Shown here piece after piece: positions 18,143 to 26,914 of a stretch of 64,000 nt of DNA (the first letter of the stretch is position 1; each line of letters begins with the position of its first letter). Source of the DNA: Candidatus Latescibacterota bacterium (GTDB lineage Bacteria; Latescibacterota; UBA2968; UBA8231). The notes below the pieces were generated by a model. The model did not search any database. It worked only from the letters and a program-made list of their open reading frames with translations, and had not been told where the DNA came from. The position numbers and the translations under genes are program-made. The stretch lies in contig OZ253462.1 in assembly GCA_965261395.1 (NCBI GenBank), positions 139,439 through 203,438 on the forward strand, written 5' to 3'.

Positions 18143-18841
18143 ATGCGCATACTCCTTACCAACGCCGCCACCTCGCTCGGCCAAGCCCTAGCCGCTGGTC
18201 TCAGCGACGCACACCTATTGCGCCTGACCGACCCTGAGCCAGGGGTTGGGATCCAAAGCGATCTAGGCCACGGCTCAGAGACCGATGCACTCGTCAAAGA
18301 CATCGACGCCATCGTCCACCGCGCCTACGCGCCGCGTGCAGGGGACGGCGAGGTCACTTGGCTGGACCGCAATACGCGCCGCACGTACAATCTGCTCTTG
18401 GCCGCGGCCGCCGCGGAAGTCGAACACGTCATCCTCTTGAGCACCCTCGACCTGTTCGCCCCGTACGCAGAAGATCTCACCGTTGACGAGACTTGGAAGC
18501 CGCTGCCCTCCTGCGCGCCGGCCGTTCTCGGCGCTCACCTAGCCGAGTTCACCGCCCGCGAATTTGCCCACAGCCACGCGCTCGCCGTCACCATCGCCCG
18601 TCTCGGCCACCTAGTCCGCGCCGAAGAGATCGCCGGCCAGCCCTACGATCCAATGTGGCTCGACGAGCGCGACGCCGCCCAAGCCGTGGCCCAGATCGTG
18701 CAAAAGGGACCCTCCAGTCGCCGCCGCCAGTACGGCGTGATGCACATCCAGTCTGACGCCCCCCGCGCCCGTTTCTCCATCGAGTCGGCCAAGAGCCACC
18801 TAACATTCGCCCCCCAATACAACTTTGAGGCCAACCCATGA
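18143..18841 (+). CDS. NAD-dependent epimerase/dehydratase-like protein (atypical SDR)
   Basis: 232 aa with a Rossmann-like N-terminus, MRILLTNAATSLGQALAAGL. It overlaps the next gene by 4 nt. Confidence 0.55.
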   Translation: MRILLTNAATSLGQALAAGLSDAHLLRLTDPEPGVGIQSDLGHGSETDALVKDIDAIVHRAYAPRAGDGEVTWLDRNTRRTYNLLLAAAAAEVEHVILLSTLDLFAPYAEDLTVDETWKPLPSCAPAVLGAHLAEFTAREFAHSHALAVTIARLGHLVRAEEIAGQPYDPMWLDERDAAQAVAQIVQKGPSSRRRQYGVMHIQSDAPRARFSIESAKSHLTFAPQYNFEANP

Positions 18842-19566
18842 AAGTTCTGCTCCTCGGTGGCAACGGCTTTCTCGGCCCGCACGTGGTCAACCAACTCCAA
18901 GACACCTACGAGTTGCGCATCACCGACATCGTGCCCATCGATAGCCCGCACGAGACCATGCAGGTGGACGTCTCCGACCTCGATCAAGTGCGCCGTGCCA
19001 CCGAGGGCACCGATGTAACCATCAACTGCTCGGTGCTGCGCCCCGACCGCAAGATCGCCTTCGACGTCAACACCACCGGCACGTACAACGGCATCCTCGC
19101 CGCCGTCGAAAACGGCCACACCCGCTTCGTCAATACCGGGCCGCACTTCACCCAAGCCGGCCCCTCGTACGATCACTACGACTTCGACATCAACGAGGAA
19201 GCCCCCCTGCATTCAGGTGTCAACCTCTACGCCCACAGCAAGTCGCTCGGCCAAGAGATTTGCCGCGTATTCGCCGCCAACCACCCCATCCACGTACTCA
19301 CCACCCTCTTTTTGAGCTTCCGCGAGGCCGAGACGCCAGCGGAGCAACTCGGCAGCGGCACCAATCCCTTTTCGGTCACCTTTCCCGACGCTGCCCGCGC
19401 CCTGCAAAAGTGCCTGAAGGTGGCCTTGGCGTCCCTGCCCTCGCGCTGCGAGATTTTTCACATCACCACGGACACGCCCCACGGCCGCTACAGCAACGCC
19501 AAGGCCCGACGGCTGCTCGGCTGGGTGCCGCAAGATCTGCTCGAAGGCTACTGGCGCAAGCCATAA
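18838..19566 (+). CDS. NAD-dependent epimerase/dehydratase family protein
   Basis: 242 aa with MKVLLLGGNGFLGPHVVNQL and the YAHSK catalytic YxxxK. Confidence 0.7.
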   Translation: MKVLLLGGNGFLGPHVVNQLQDTYELRITDIVPIDSPHETMQVDVSDLDQVRRATEGTDVTINCSVLRPDRKIAFDVNTTGTYNGILAAVENGHTRFVNTGPHFTQAGPSYDHYDFDINEEAPLHSGVNLYAHSKSLGQEICRVFAANHPIHVLTTLFLSFREAETPAEQLGSGTNPFSVTFPDAARALQKCLKVALASLPSRCEIFHITTDTPHGRYSNAKARRLLGWVPQDLLEGYWRKP

Positions 19567-19577
19567 GGCTAGCAGCC

Positions 19578-20603
19578 ATGCCCACGGCCTCCGCACAGAT
19601 ATTCGACGGCCCAGGCCATCCGCTGCGCAGTGAAAACCTGCCTCTGCCCGACTCCCTCGCGCCCGGTGCAGTGCTCGTCGAAATCGGTCTAGCCACGATC
19701 TGCGGCTCCGACCTCCACACGCTGTCCGGCCTGCGCTGTGAGCCTGCGCCCCTGATCCTCGGCCACGAGGCCGTCGGCCGCGTCGTCACCTCGCAGCGCC
19801 CCACCTTCGCGCCGGGCGACCGCATAAGCTGGAGCATTGCCGACAGTTGCGGTACCTGTCTGGCCTGCACCCAACATCGCTTGCCGGAAAAATGCGCTGC
19901 GCTTTTTAAATATGGCCACGCCACCCTCACCGACGGCAGCGGGCTCAACGGCTGTTACGCCACCCATCTGCTCCTTAGACCCGGCACCCATATCGCCAAA
20001 GTGGACGACCGCTTGCCCGACTCCGTAGTCGCGCCGGCCAACTGCGCCTTGGCCACTGCGGTCAACGCCGTCGCGGTGCTGCCCATCCCCTGCCACAGGG
20101 TCCTAGTCCAAGGCGCTGGTCTGCTCGGCCTCTATACCTGCGCCCTGCTCGCCGAGCGCGGCATCGAGCAAATCTACTGCACCGATATCGACGCAGACCG
20201 CCTAGCGCTGTCCACCGAATTCGGCGCTATACCCCTAATCGATCCACCACCGGCAGGACTCGACGCTGTTTTTGAAGTCGCCGGCAACTCGGACTTGATC
20301 CCCGCAGGGATCGCGGCCCTGCGCCCAGGCGGCAGCTACTTTTTCGTCGGCATGGTCCATCCCGACACCCGGCTAGCGCTGACCGGCGAGCAGATCATCC
20401 GCAAGTGCTTGACGATCCGCGGCGTCCACAACTATAGCCCGCGCCATCTCGACGAGGCGCTCGCCTTTCTCGCCCGCACCGCCGACCGCTATCCGTACCC
20501 GTCGCTGGTCAGCGACCCCTTTGCCCTCGCAGCGCTAGAGCAAGCCATCGCCTTGGCCGAGACGCGCCAACACATCCGCGTCGCCATTGACCCCAAGTTA
20601 TGA
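19578..20603 (+). CDS. zinc-type (MDR) alcohol dehydrogenase, phosphonate-cluster associated
   Basis: The start is MPTASAQIFDG at 19578. Sequence includes ICGSDLHT, LILGHEAVG, CGTCLAC and VLVQGAGLLGL. The upstream part of ORF 19260..20603 overlaps the previous gene. Confidence 0.8.
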   Translation: MPTASAQIFDGPGHPLRSENLPLPDSLAPGAVLVEIGLATICGSDLHTLSGLRCEPAPLILGHEAVGRVVTSQRPTFAPGDRISWSIADSCGTCLACTQHRLPEKCAALFKYGHATLTDGSGLNGCYATHLLLRPGTHIAKVDDRLPDSVVAPANCALATAVNAVAVLPIPCHRVLVQGAGLLGLYTCALLAERGIEQIYCTDIDADRLALSTEFGAIPLIDPPPAGLDAVFEVAGNSDLIPAGIAALRPGGSYFFVGMVHPDTRLALTGEQIIRKCLTIRGVHNYSPRHLDEALAFLARTADRYPYPSLVSDPFALAALEQAIALAETRQHIRVAIDPKL

Positions 20604-21817
20604 TCCAAGTCAATGACCGCGGCTATCGCCCACGCGAGAAAACCATCGTCGGCATCTGCCTCGACGGTTGCGCCCAAGCCTACCTCGACCAAGCCGCCGC
20701 CCAGATGCCCAATCTCCGTGCGATCATTGAGCGCGGCGTCCACGGCCAAGTCCACACCGCGATCCCCTCTTTCACCAATCCCAACAACGTCGCCATCATC
20801 ACCGGTGCGCCGCCGGCCATAAACGGCATTCCCGGCAATTTCTACTACGACCTAGACGCCGAGGCGGAAGTGATGATGAACGACCCCCGCTTCCTGCGCG
20901 CCCCGACGATCCTCGCCGCCTTCCATCAAGCCGGCCAACAAGTCGCTGCCATCACCACCAAAGACAAGTTGCGCCTGCTTTTGGCCCACGGCTGGCAAGG
21001 CATCAATTTCTCTGTGGAAAAAGCGCACGAAGCCGCGCTGGCCACCCACGGCATCGCCGACGTCCTCGGCCTAGTCGGGCGGGAAAATCCCGGCATTTAC
21101 GATCCCGAAGCCAGCGTGTACTGCATCGAGGCTGGCACGCGGCTGCTCGAACGCCACGACCTCGACCTGCTCTACCTTTCGACCACCGATTTCGTCCAGC
21201 ACAAGTGGGCACCCGGCGAGCCGGAAGCCAACGCCTTCTACGCTCGCCTCGACCGCTTTATCGGCGCGCTCGACGCCCAGGACATTATCTTGGGCATTAC
21301 CGCCGATCACGGCATGAACGCCAAAACCAACGCCGACGGCTCGCCCAAGGTGCAGTTTATCGAAACCCAACTCGTCGCAGCCGGCATCGCCGGAGTTAGG
21401 GTCATCCTGCCCATCACCGACCCCTATGTCGTCCACCACGGCGCGTTAGGCTCCTACGCCACCGTCTATCTCGACGACGAGCACATCGCACGAGCCACCG
21501 CCATCCTCCGCGCCATCCCCGGCGTCGAGCAGGTGCTCAGCCGCGAGCAAGCGGCCGCCACCTACCAACTCCCTTCCGACCGCATCGGCGAACTGGTCGT
21601 TCTCGCCGACCAAGATACCGTCCTTGGCCGCACCCCCGACTGGCACCAACTCGCCGACGTCGCCCAAGGTCTGCGCTCGCACGGCGGTCTGCACGAAGGC
21701 GTGGTGCCCATGATCTGCAATAGGCCGCTAACAGCCCAATACGCCGAGTTATTGGCCTCGGGCCAAGCGCGCAACTGGGATCTTTTTGACTTTCTCTGCA
21801 ATGGAGTCCTAGCCTGA
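20600..21817 (+). CDS. phnA: phosphonoacetate hydrolase
   Basis: 405 aa with ICLDGC, IPSFTNPNNVAIITGAPP..NGIPGNFYYD, LYLSTTDFVQHKWAPGEPEANAFY, ITADHGMNAKT, LPITDPYVVHHGALGSYATVYL and LRSHGG. This closely resembles Pseudomonas PhnA as I remember it. Confidence 0.85.
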   Translation: MIQVNDRGYRPREKTIVGICLDGCAQAYLDQAAAQMPNLRAIIERGVHGQVHTAIPSFTNPNNVAIITGAPPAINGIPGNFYYDLDAEAEVMMNDPRFLRAPTILAAFHQAGQQVAAITTKDKLRLLLAHGWQGINFSVEKAHEAALATHGIADVLGLVGRENPGIYDPEASVYCIEAGTRLLERHDLDLLYLSTTDFVQHKWAPGEPEANAFYARLDRFIGALDAQDIILGITADHGMNAKTNADGSPKVQFIETQLVAAGIAGVRVILPITDPYVVHHGALGSYATVYLDDEHIARATAILRAIPGVEQVLSREQAAATYQLPSDRIGELVVLADQDTVLGRTPDWHQLADVAQGLRSHGGLHEGVVPMICNRPLTAQYAELLASGQARNWDLFDFLCNGVLA

Positions 21818-23241
21818 TGCATCAATTCGGCAGCATCATCGGCGGCACCCAAGTCGAAAGTGGGCAGTGGATCGATGTCCATAATCCCTTCACCGGCCAG
21901 CAAGTCGGCCGCGTCGCCGCCATCGCCCCCGCAAAAGCCGACGCCGTCCTGCGCCAGACCCACGCCGCCAAATTCGACCTCAGCCGCTACGACCGCGCCC
22001 GAATCCTCAACGAAATGGCCGACGCCATCGAATCCCGTCGCGACGAAGTCGCCCGTCTGATCACCGCTGAGTCCGGCCTCTGCCTCAAGGACACCACCTA
22101 CGAAGCCAGCCGCGTCTGCGACGTATTGCGCGTCGCCGCCATCAAGGCCCTCGACGACGACTCCGAGGTCTTCCCCTGCGACATCTCCCAAAACGGCCGT
22201 CGCCGCCGCATCTATACCACCCGCCAGCCCCTGCACCTCATCGCCGCGATCACCCCCTTCAACCACCCGATGAACCAAGTGGTCCATAAGATCGCCCCCG
22301 CTATCGCCACCGCTAACGCCGTCGTCCTCAAACCCTCGGAGCAAACCCCGCTCGCCGCCTATTACCTAGCGCAACTCGCCCTCGACTGCGGCTTGCCTGC
22401 CGACATGCTCAACGTCATCAACGGCCCATCCCCGGCAATCCCCGACCTGCTGGTCAAACACGAGCTCGTCGACTTGGTCACCTTCACCGGCAGCAGCGCC
22501 ATCGGCCGCTCCATCGCCGAGCGCGCTGGCTACAAACGTCTGGTCCTAGAGCTCGGTGGTAGCTCGGCTCTGCTCGTCCTGCAGGACGCCGATGTCGAAG
22601 AAGCCGCCAACATCACCGTCGCCGGCCTCTATAAAAACTCGGGCCAGCGCTGCACCGCCATCCGCCGCATCCTAGTCCATCGCTCCTTGGCCGACGCCTT
22701 CGCCACCGTCCTAACCGCCAAGACCGCCGCCCTCAAATACGGCGATCCCTACGACCCTGCAAACGACATGGGTACGGTCATCAGTGAGACCGCGGCCAGC
22801 GCCATAGAACAGCGCGTCGCCAACGCCATCAGCAACGGAGCCACCTTATTAATCGGCCATAAACGCGATGGCGCCCTCTACGCTCCCACCGTCCTCGACC
22901 ACGTCGAAAACAGCCACCCCCTCGTCGCCGAGGAGACCTTTGGCCCGGTCGCTCCGATCCTCCGCTTCAACACCCTCGACGAAGCCATCGCCATCGCCAA
23001 CGACACCCCCTACGGCCTCTCCGGAGGCGTCGTCAGCAACCACTGGCCCTCGATCCAACGCGTCATCTCCGAACTCGAAGTGGGCACCGTCAACGTCAAC
23101 GAGGCTCCCAGCTACCGCCTCGAATGGACCCCTTTCGGCGGCATCAAAGCCTCGGGCCTCGGTTACAAAGAAGGCGTCATCGAAACCATGAAGGCCATGA
23201 CCAACGTCAAAACCTATTCACTGCCTTGGGACGCGCCCTAA
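21817..23241 (+). CDS. phnY: aldehyde dehydrogenase, probable phosphonoacetaldehyde dehydrogenase
   Basis: 474 aa. The ALDH motifs are FNHPMNQV, LELGGSSA and the catalytic Cys in SGQRCTA. It lies directly after phnA, with an ATGA-type overlap. Confidence 0.7.
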   Translation: MHQFGSIIGGTQVESGQWIDVHNPFTGQQVGRVAAIAPAKADAVLRQTHAAKFDLSRYDRARILNEMADAIESRRDEVARLITAESGLCLKDTTYEASRVCDVLRVAAIKALDDDSEVFPCDISQNGRRRRIYTTRQPLHLIAAITPFNHPMNQVVHKIAPAIATANAVVLKPSEQTPLAAYYLAQLALDCGLPADMLNVINGPSPAIPDLLVKHELVDLVTFTGSSAIGRSIAERAGYKRLVLELGGSSALLVLQDADVEEAANITVAGLYKNSGQRCTAIRRILVHRSLADAFATVLTAKTAALKYGDPYDPANDMGTVISETAASAIEQRVANAISNGATLLIGHKRDGALYAPTVLDHVENSHPLVAEETFGPVAPILRFNTLDEAIAIANDTPYGLSGGVVSNHWPSIQRVISELEVGTVNVNEAPSYRLEWTPFGGIKASGLGYKEGVIETMKAMTNVKTYSLPWDAP

Positions 23242-23243
23242 AC

Positions 23244-24377
23244 ATGACCGACCTCAAAGCGGATATCGCCGTAGTCGGTGCCGGCATCGTCGGCCTAGCC
23301 CACGCTCTTGCGGCCGCCCATCGCGGCCACCGCGTCGTCCTCTTCGAGCGCACTCCCCAGGCGCAAGGGGCCTCTATCCGCAACTTCGGCATGATCTGGC
23401 CCATCGGCCAAGCTCCCGATAAAATCCACCAACGCGCCCTCGCCACCCGCCAAACCTGGCTCGATCTCGCCCCCAAAGCCGATATCTGGTTAGCTCAAAC
23501 CGGCTCGCTGCACCTGGCCTACGCCAATGACGAGTACGCCGTACTCACCGAATTCGCCGCCCTCGCTCCCGAGCTCGGCTATGATGTCGAACTGCTCGAC
23601 GCAGCCGGCGTCCTCGCTCGCAGCCACGCCGTGCAGCCCGCTGGACTCAAAGGCGGCCTCTGGAGCGCGACCGAACTCTGCGTCGATCCCCGCCAAGCCA
23701 TCGCCGCGCTGCCAGGCTACCTAGCACGCGAGTGCGGCGTGGCCCTCCGCTTCTCCACCCCGGTCCATCACATCGACCTGCCCCTGATCTACACGCCAGC
23801 GGAAACCTGGGCCGTTGACCGCGCCATCGTCTGCAGCGGCACCGACTTTGAATCGCTTTACCCCCAAGTATTCGCCACCAGCGGACTTACCCGCTGCAAG
23901 TTGCAGATGATGCGCACCGCACCTCAGCCCGGCAACTGGCGTCTCGGCCCAATGCTCGCCGCCGGGTTGACCTTGCGCCACTACGCCGCCTTCAAGCAGT
24001 GCCAGACACTGGCCGCCTACACCCAGCGCATCGCCACCGAGCGCCCCGAATTCGACCAGTGGGGCATCCACGTCATGGCCTCGCAAAACGGTCTCGGCGA
24101 AATCGTCATCGGCGACTCGCACGAATACGGCTGGGTAATAGATCCCTTCGACAAACCCGCAATCGACCAACTAATCCTCGACTATCTCCAGACCTTCCTC
24201 GCCGCCCCCGCGCTGCACATTGCCCAGCGCTGGCACGGCATCTACGCCAAACACCCCGACCAAGCCGACTTTATCGCCGACCCCGCACCCGGCGTAAAAA
24301 TCGTCAATGGCATCAGCGGTGCCGGCATGACCACCGCTTTCGGGCTGGCCGAGGAGATCTTCGCCGAGTGGGAGTAA
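23244..24377 (+). CDS. FAD-dependent oxidoreductase (DAO family), phosphonate-cluster associated
   Basis: The start MTDLKADIAVVGAGIVGLAHALAAAHRGHRVVLFER (ATG 23244) carries a GxGxxG FAD fold. 377 aa. Confidence 0.75.
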   Translation: MTDLKADIAVVGAGIVGLAHALAAAHRGHRVVLFERTPQAQGASIRNFGMIWPIGQAPDKIHQRALATRQTWLDLAPKADIWLAQTGSLHLAYANDEYAVLTEFAALAPELGYDVELLDAAGVLARSHAVQPAGLKGGLWSATELCVDPRQAIAALPGYLARECGVALRFSTPVHHIDLPLIYTPAETWAVDRAIVCSGTDFESLYPQVFATSGLTRCKLQMMRTAPQPGNWRLGPMLAAGLTLRHYAAFKQCQTLAAYTQRIATERPEFDQWGIHVMASQNGLGEIVIGDSHEYGWVIDPFDKPAIDQLILDYLQTFLAAPALHIAQRWHGIYAKHPDQADFIADPAPGVKIVNGISGAGMTTAFGLAEEIFAEWE

Positions 24378-24381
24378 AAAC

Positions 24382-25176
24382 ATGAGCCTCCGAGAGCGCG
24401 TCTATCACTTTATCGAGCCAGACTATGAGCCGGGGCGCATCATCGATGTGGCCATCATCGTCCTGATTCTGCTCAACATCGTCGCTCTGATCCTCGAAAC
24501 CGTCGAGCCTATCTACAACCTCAATCGCGCCGCCTTTGAACTTTTTGAAGACTGTTCGCTGACCGTGTTCGCGGTTGAGTACTTCGTGCGCCTGTGGGCC
24601 ATTACCGCCAACCCTCGGTTTTCGCGGCCCGTGACCGGGCGCATCCGCTTTGTCCTCACGCCCCTCGCCATCATTGACCTCATAGCCATCCTCCCCTTAT
24701 TCCTGCCGCCCATGGGCGTAGATGCACGCTTTGTCCGCGTGATACGCGTCCTGCGGATCTTCCGCGTCCTCAAGCTGGTGCGCTACTTCCGCGCCCTGCG
24801 CTTGCTCGGCCAAGTCATCGCCGAGCGCAAAGAAGAGCTTGTTAGCATCTTCTTAGTGCTGCTGATCCTTTTGGCCCTCTCCTCGTCGCTGATGTACTTC
24901 GTCGAGCACGAGGAGCAGCCCGAGGTCTTTCCCAGCATCCCGGCCACCATGTGGTGGAGCATCGTCACCTTGACGACGGTCGGCTACGGCGACGCCTATC
25001 CGATCACCGCCCTCGGCCAGACTATCGCCGCCGTCATCGCCATCATGGGGATCGGCATGTTCGCGCTACCGGCCGGCATTCTCGGCGCGGGATTTGTCGA
25101 GGCCCTAGCGGCAAACCGGTCCGAAGACCCAGAGCGCCGCTGCCCGCACTGCGGCGAGCGACTCGACGCGCATTAA
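24382..25176 (+). CDS. voltage-sensor-containing potassium channel
   Basis: 264 aa. The S4-like segment is RFVRVIRVLRIFRVLKLVRYFRALRL and the selectivity filter is TLTTVGYGD. Confidence 0.85.
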   Translation: MSLRERVYHFIEPDYEPGRIIDVAIIVLILLNIVALILETVEPIYNLNRAAFELFEDCSLTVFAVEYFVRLWAITANPRFSRPVTGRIRFVLTPLAIIDLIAILPLFLPPMGVDARFVRVIRVLRIFRVLKLVRYFRALRLLGQVIAERKEELVSIFLVLLILLALSSSLMYFVEHEEQPEVFPSIPATMWWSIVTLTTVGYGDAYPITALGQTIAAVIAIMGIGMFALPAGILGAGFVEALAANRSEDPERRCPHCGERLDAH

Positions 25177-25444
25177 AAAAGCGGCCGAGGCAAAAGCCCC
25201 AGCCGCTTCTCTAGCTGCTGAACAGGCGTTATTTCATTTACTACGCTTTTTCGTTTTAAGTTCCTCAAGAAAAATCCTGATGATGCTTTTTCTTGGCAGC
25301 CGAACCGGGGCCGTTATGACTTGTTCTATCATTTTATACATAACAGCCTTTTTCGCCGCCTTTCCAACCTTTTTGGCAGAGCTCCACATAGTCCCATCTC
25401 CTTTTCTTTTTTTCCTAAAATGGCCGACTCAAGATAACCTTCTC

Positions 25445-25807
25445 TCAGAAAAACGCGATTTTGACCAGCAACGCCAAAACGACGGGACCGTATCCAAACT
25501 TGAGCAACGCCAAATCGCGCTCAATTTTGGCAAAGCGCTCGTTAAAGCTGGCTTTTAACTCGTTAAAGCTGGCTTTCAGTGCGTCCAAGTCCTCTTTGGT
25601 GGCCGCTTTCAACTCGTCCAAGTCCTCTTTGGTGGCGGCTTTCAACTCGTCCAAGTCCTCTTTGGTAGCAGCTTTCAACTCGTCCAAGTCCTCTTTGGTG
25701 GCCAGCCGCTCGGCCAAGGGAATCGCCCCCGCAGCCGCCTTGGCCTTTTCTTCGGACGTTCCCGCTTCGATCAGCGCGTCATAGACTTCAGCAACAATCA
25801 GACTCAT
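25445..25807 (-). CDS. C-terminally membrane-anchored coiled-coil protein with 11-residue repeats (DUF1640-like)
   Basis: The start MSLIVAEVYDAL at 25807 has GAGGAGGGA upstream. KEDLDELKAAT occurs x3, followed by KEDLDALKASFNELKASFNE. The C-terminal TM is LLKFGYGPVVLALLVKIAFF. Confidence 0.65.
   Translation of the reverse strand: MSLIVAEVYDALIEAGTSEEKAKAAAGAIPLAERLATKEDLDELKAATKEDLDELKAATKEDLDELKAATKEDLDALKASFNELKASFNERFAKIERDLALLKFGYGPVVLALLVKIAFF
25582..25705. repeat. 33-bp in-frame tandem repeat (about 3.7 units)
   Basis: The unit cgtccaagtcctctttggtggccgctttcaact occurs at 25582-25614, 25615-25647 and 25648-25680, with a partial fourth unit. Confidence 0.9.
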
Positions 25808-25818
25808 CGTTTCCCTCC

Positions 25819-26844
25819 TCAATCAAGCGGCAGTTCCACCCGCCGCCCTTCGGCCATACTGATCTGCACGGCCTCGGTAAACTCCATGTACTTAACCCCG
25901 TCGGCAAAGCTAGTATGCGTAACGGGCCGACCGTCGCGGACGGAAGCGACAAAGTCCTCTTCCACCTGCCAGCCGTCGCGCGGATGCTCGGGGATGTCGA
26001 AGGGCTGGTACTCGTCGTCGCCCTCGCCGGCTATCCATATCCCACTCTCGTCCATCTTAAACGAGCCTTTGGTGCCGTAAAAGGCAAAGCCAAAGGAAGG
26101 GCCTAAGCGCGCGACGCTGCTCAGGTGATAAACCGCTGTCGCGCCGCTTTCCAGCTCGGCGACAATGCCCAAGCTCTCCGGCACATCGGCCGGGGCGTTC
26201 TCCCCGGTCTCCTCGTCGAGCCGCTCGGTCGTAAACGTCTTGCCGTAGGCTATCACGGCCTTCTCGTGCCCGGCATAGCGGCGCACCGTCTCATTGCCAA
26301 TGCCCATCGCCATGATGTTGTTACCCGAAAGATCGCGGCGCTGTCGCCAGTGCAGTGGCGCGTCCGGGGCGTAGCCGCCGGAGAGGCCAGCGAAGTGAAT
26401 TTCCAACAAGTCGCCGAAAAAACCGCTGTGCAGCTTGTCGAGCAAGAGCGGTTCGGCCGACAAATAGAAGGGCGCTGGCACGATCATCGCCACCTTGTCG
26501 GTTTGCTGCGAGGCCGCGTACATCTGCCGCGCCTCGGCCAGATTCATGCACATCCGCGCCTCGGTCAGCACGTGCTTGCCCGCTTCGAGCCCGGCCAGCG
26601 TCAGCGGACAGTGCATATAGGGCCACGTGCCGATGCTGATCGCATCGACGTCGTCGCTTGCGATCAGCGCCCGCCAATCTTCGAATACCTGCGGGATGCC
26701 GTACTCGTCGGCGATCCTTTGGCCCGATTCGCGCGAGCGGTTGCAGACCGCGGTTATTTCTACTCCGTCAATACCTTGAAAACCGGGAATGTGCTGCAAG
26801 CGGGTATTGGCCCCCGCGCCGATTAGTCCTATGCGAAGTGTCAC
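25819..26844 (-). CDS. Gfo/Idh/MocA family oxidoreductase
   Basis: 341 aa with MTLRIGLIGAGANTRLQHIPGF and the EKP-like TEARM region. Confidence 0.8.
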   Translation of the reverse strand: MTLRIGLIGAGANTRLQHIPGFQGIDGVEITAVCNRSRESGQRIADEYGIPQVFEDWRALIASDDVDAISIGTWPYMHCPLTLAGLEAGKHVLTEARMCMNLAEARQMYAASQQTDKVAMIVPAPFYLSAEPLLLDKLHSGFFGDLLEIHFAGLSGGYAPDAPLHWRQRRDLSGNNIMAMGIGNETVRRYAGHEKAVIAYGKTFTTERLDEETGENAPADVPESLGIVAELESGATAVYHLSSVARLGPSFGFAFYGTKGSFKMDESGIWIAGEGDDEYQPFDIPEHPRDGWQVEEDFVASVRDGRPVTHTSFADGVKYMEFTEAVQISMAEGRRVELPLD

Positions 26845-26914
26845 AGCCGTTTTCCTCCTGTGTGTTTGTAGTCTGGATTGGAACGGCCTAAGCTAGCCGC
26901 CCCTCTCGAACCTG

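Noticed and set aside
25179-25208. aagcggc...gccgctt hairpin after the K+ channel gene, considered as a terminator
   Set aside because: It has only a 7-bp stem with a 16-nt loop and no U-tract on the + strand. This is too weak to call.
25582-25705. Second set of 33-bp repeats, considered as a CRISPR or minisatellite
   Set aside because: As above: head-to-tail without spacers, inside an ORF, encoding KEDLDELKAAT.
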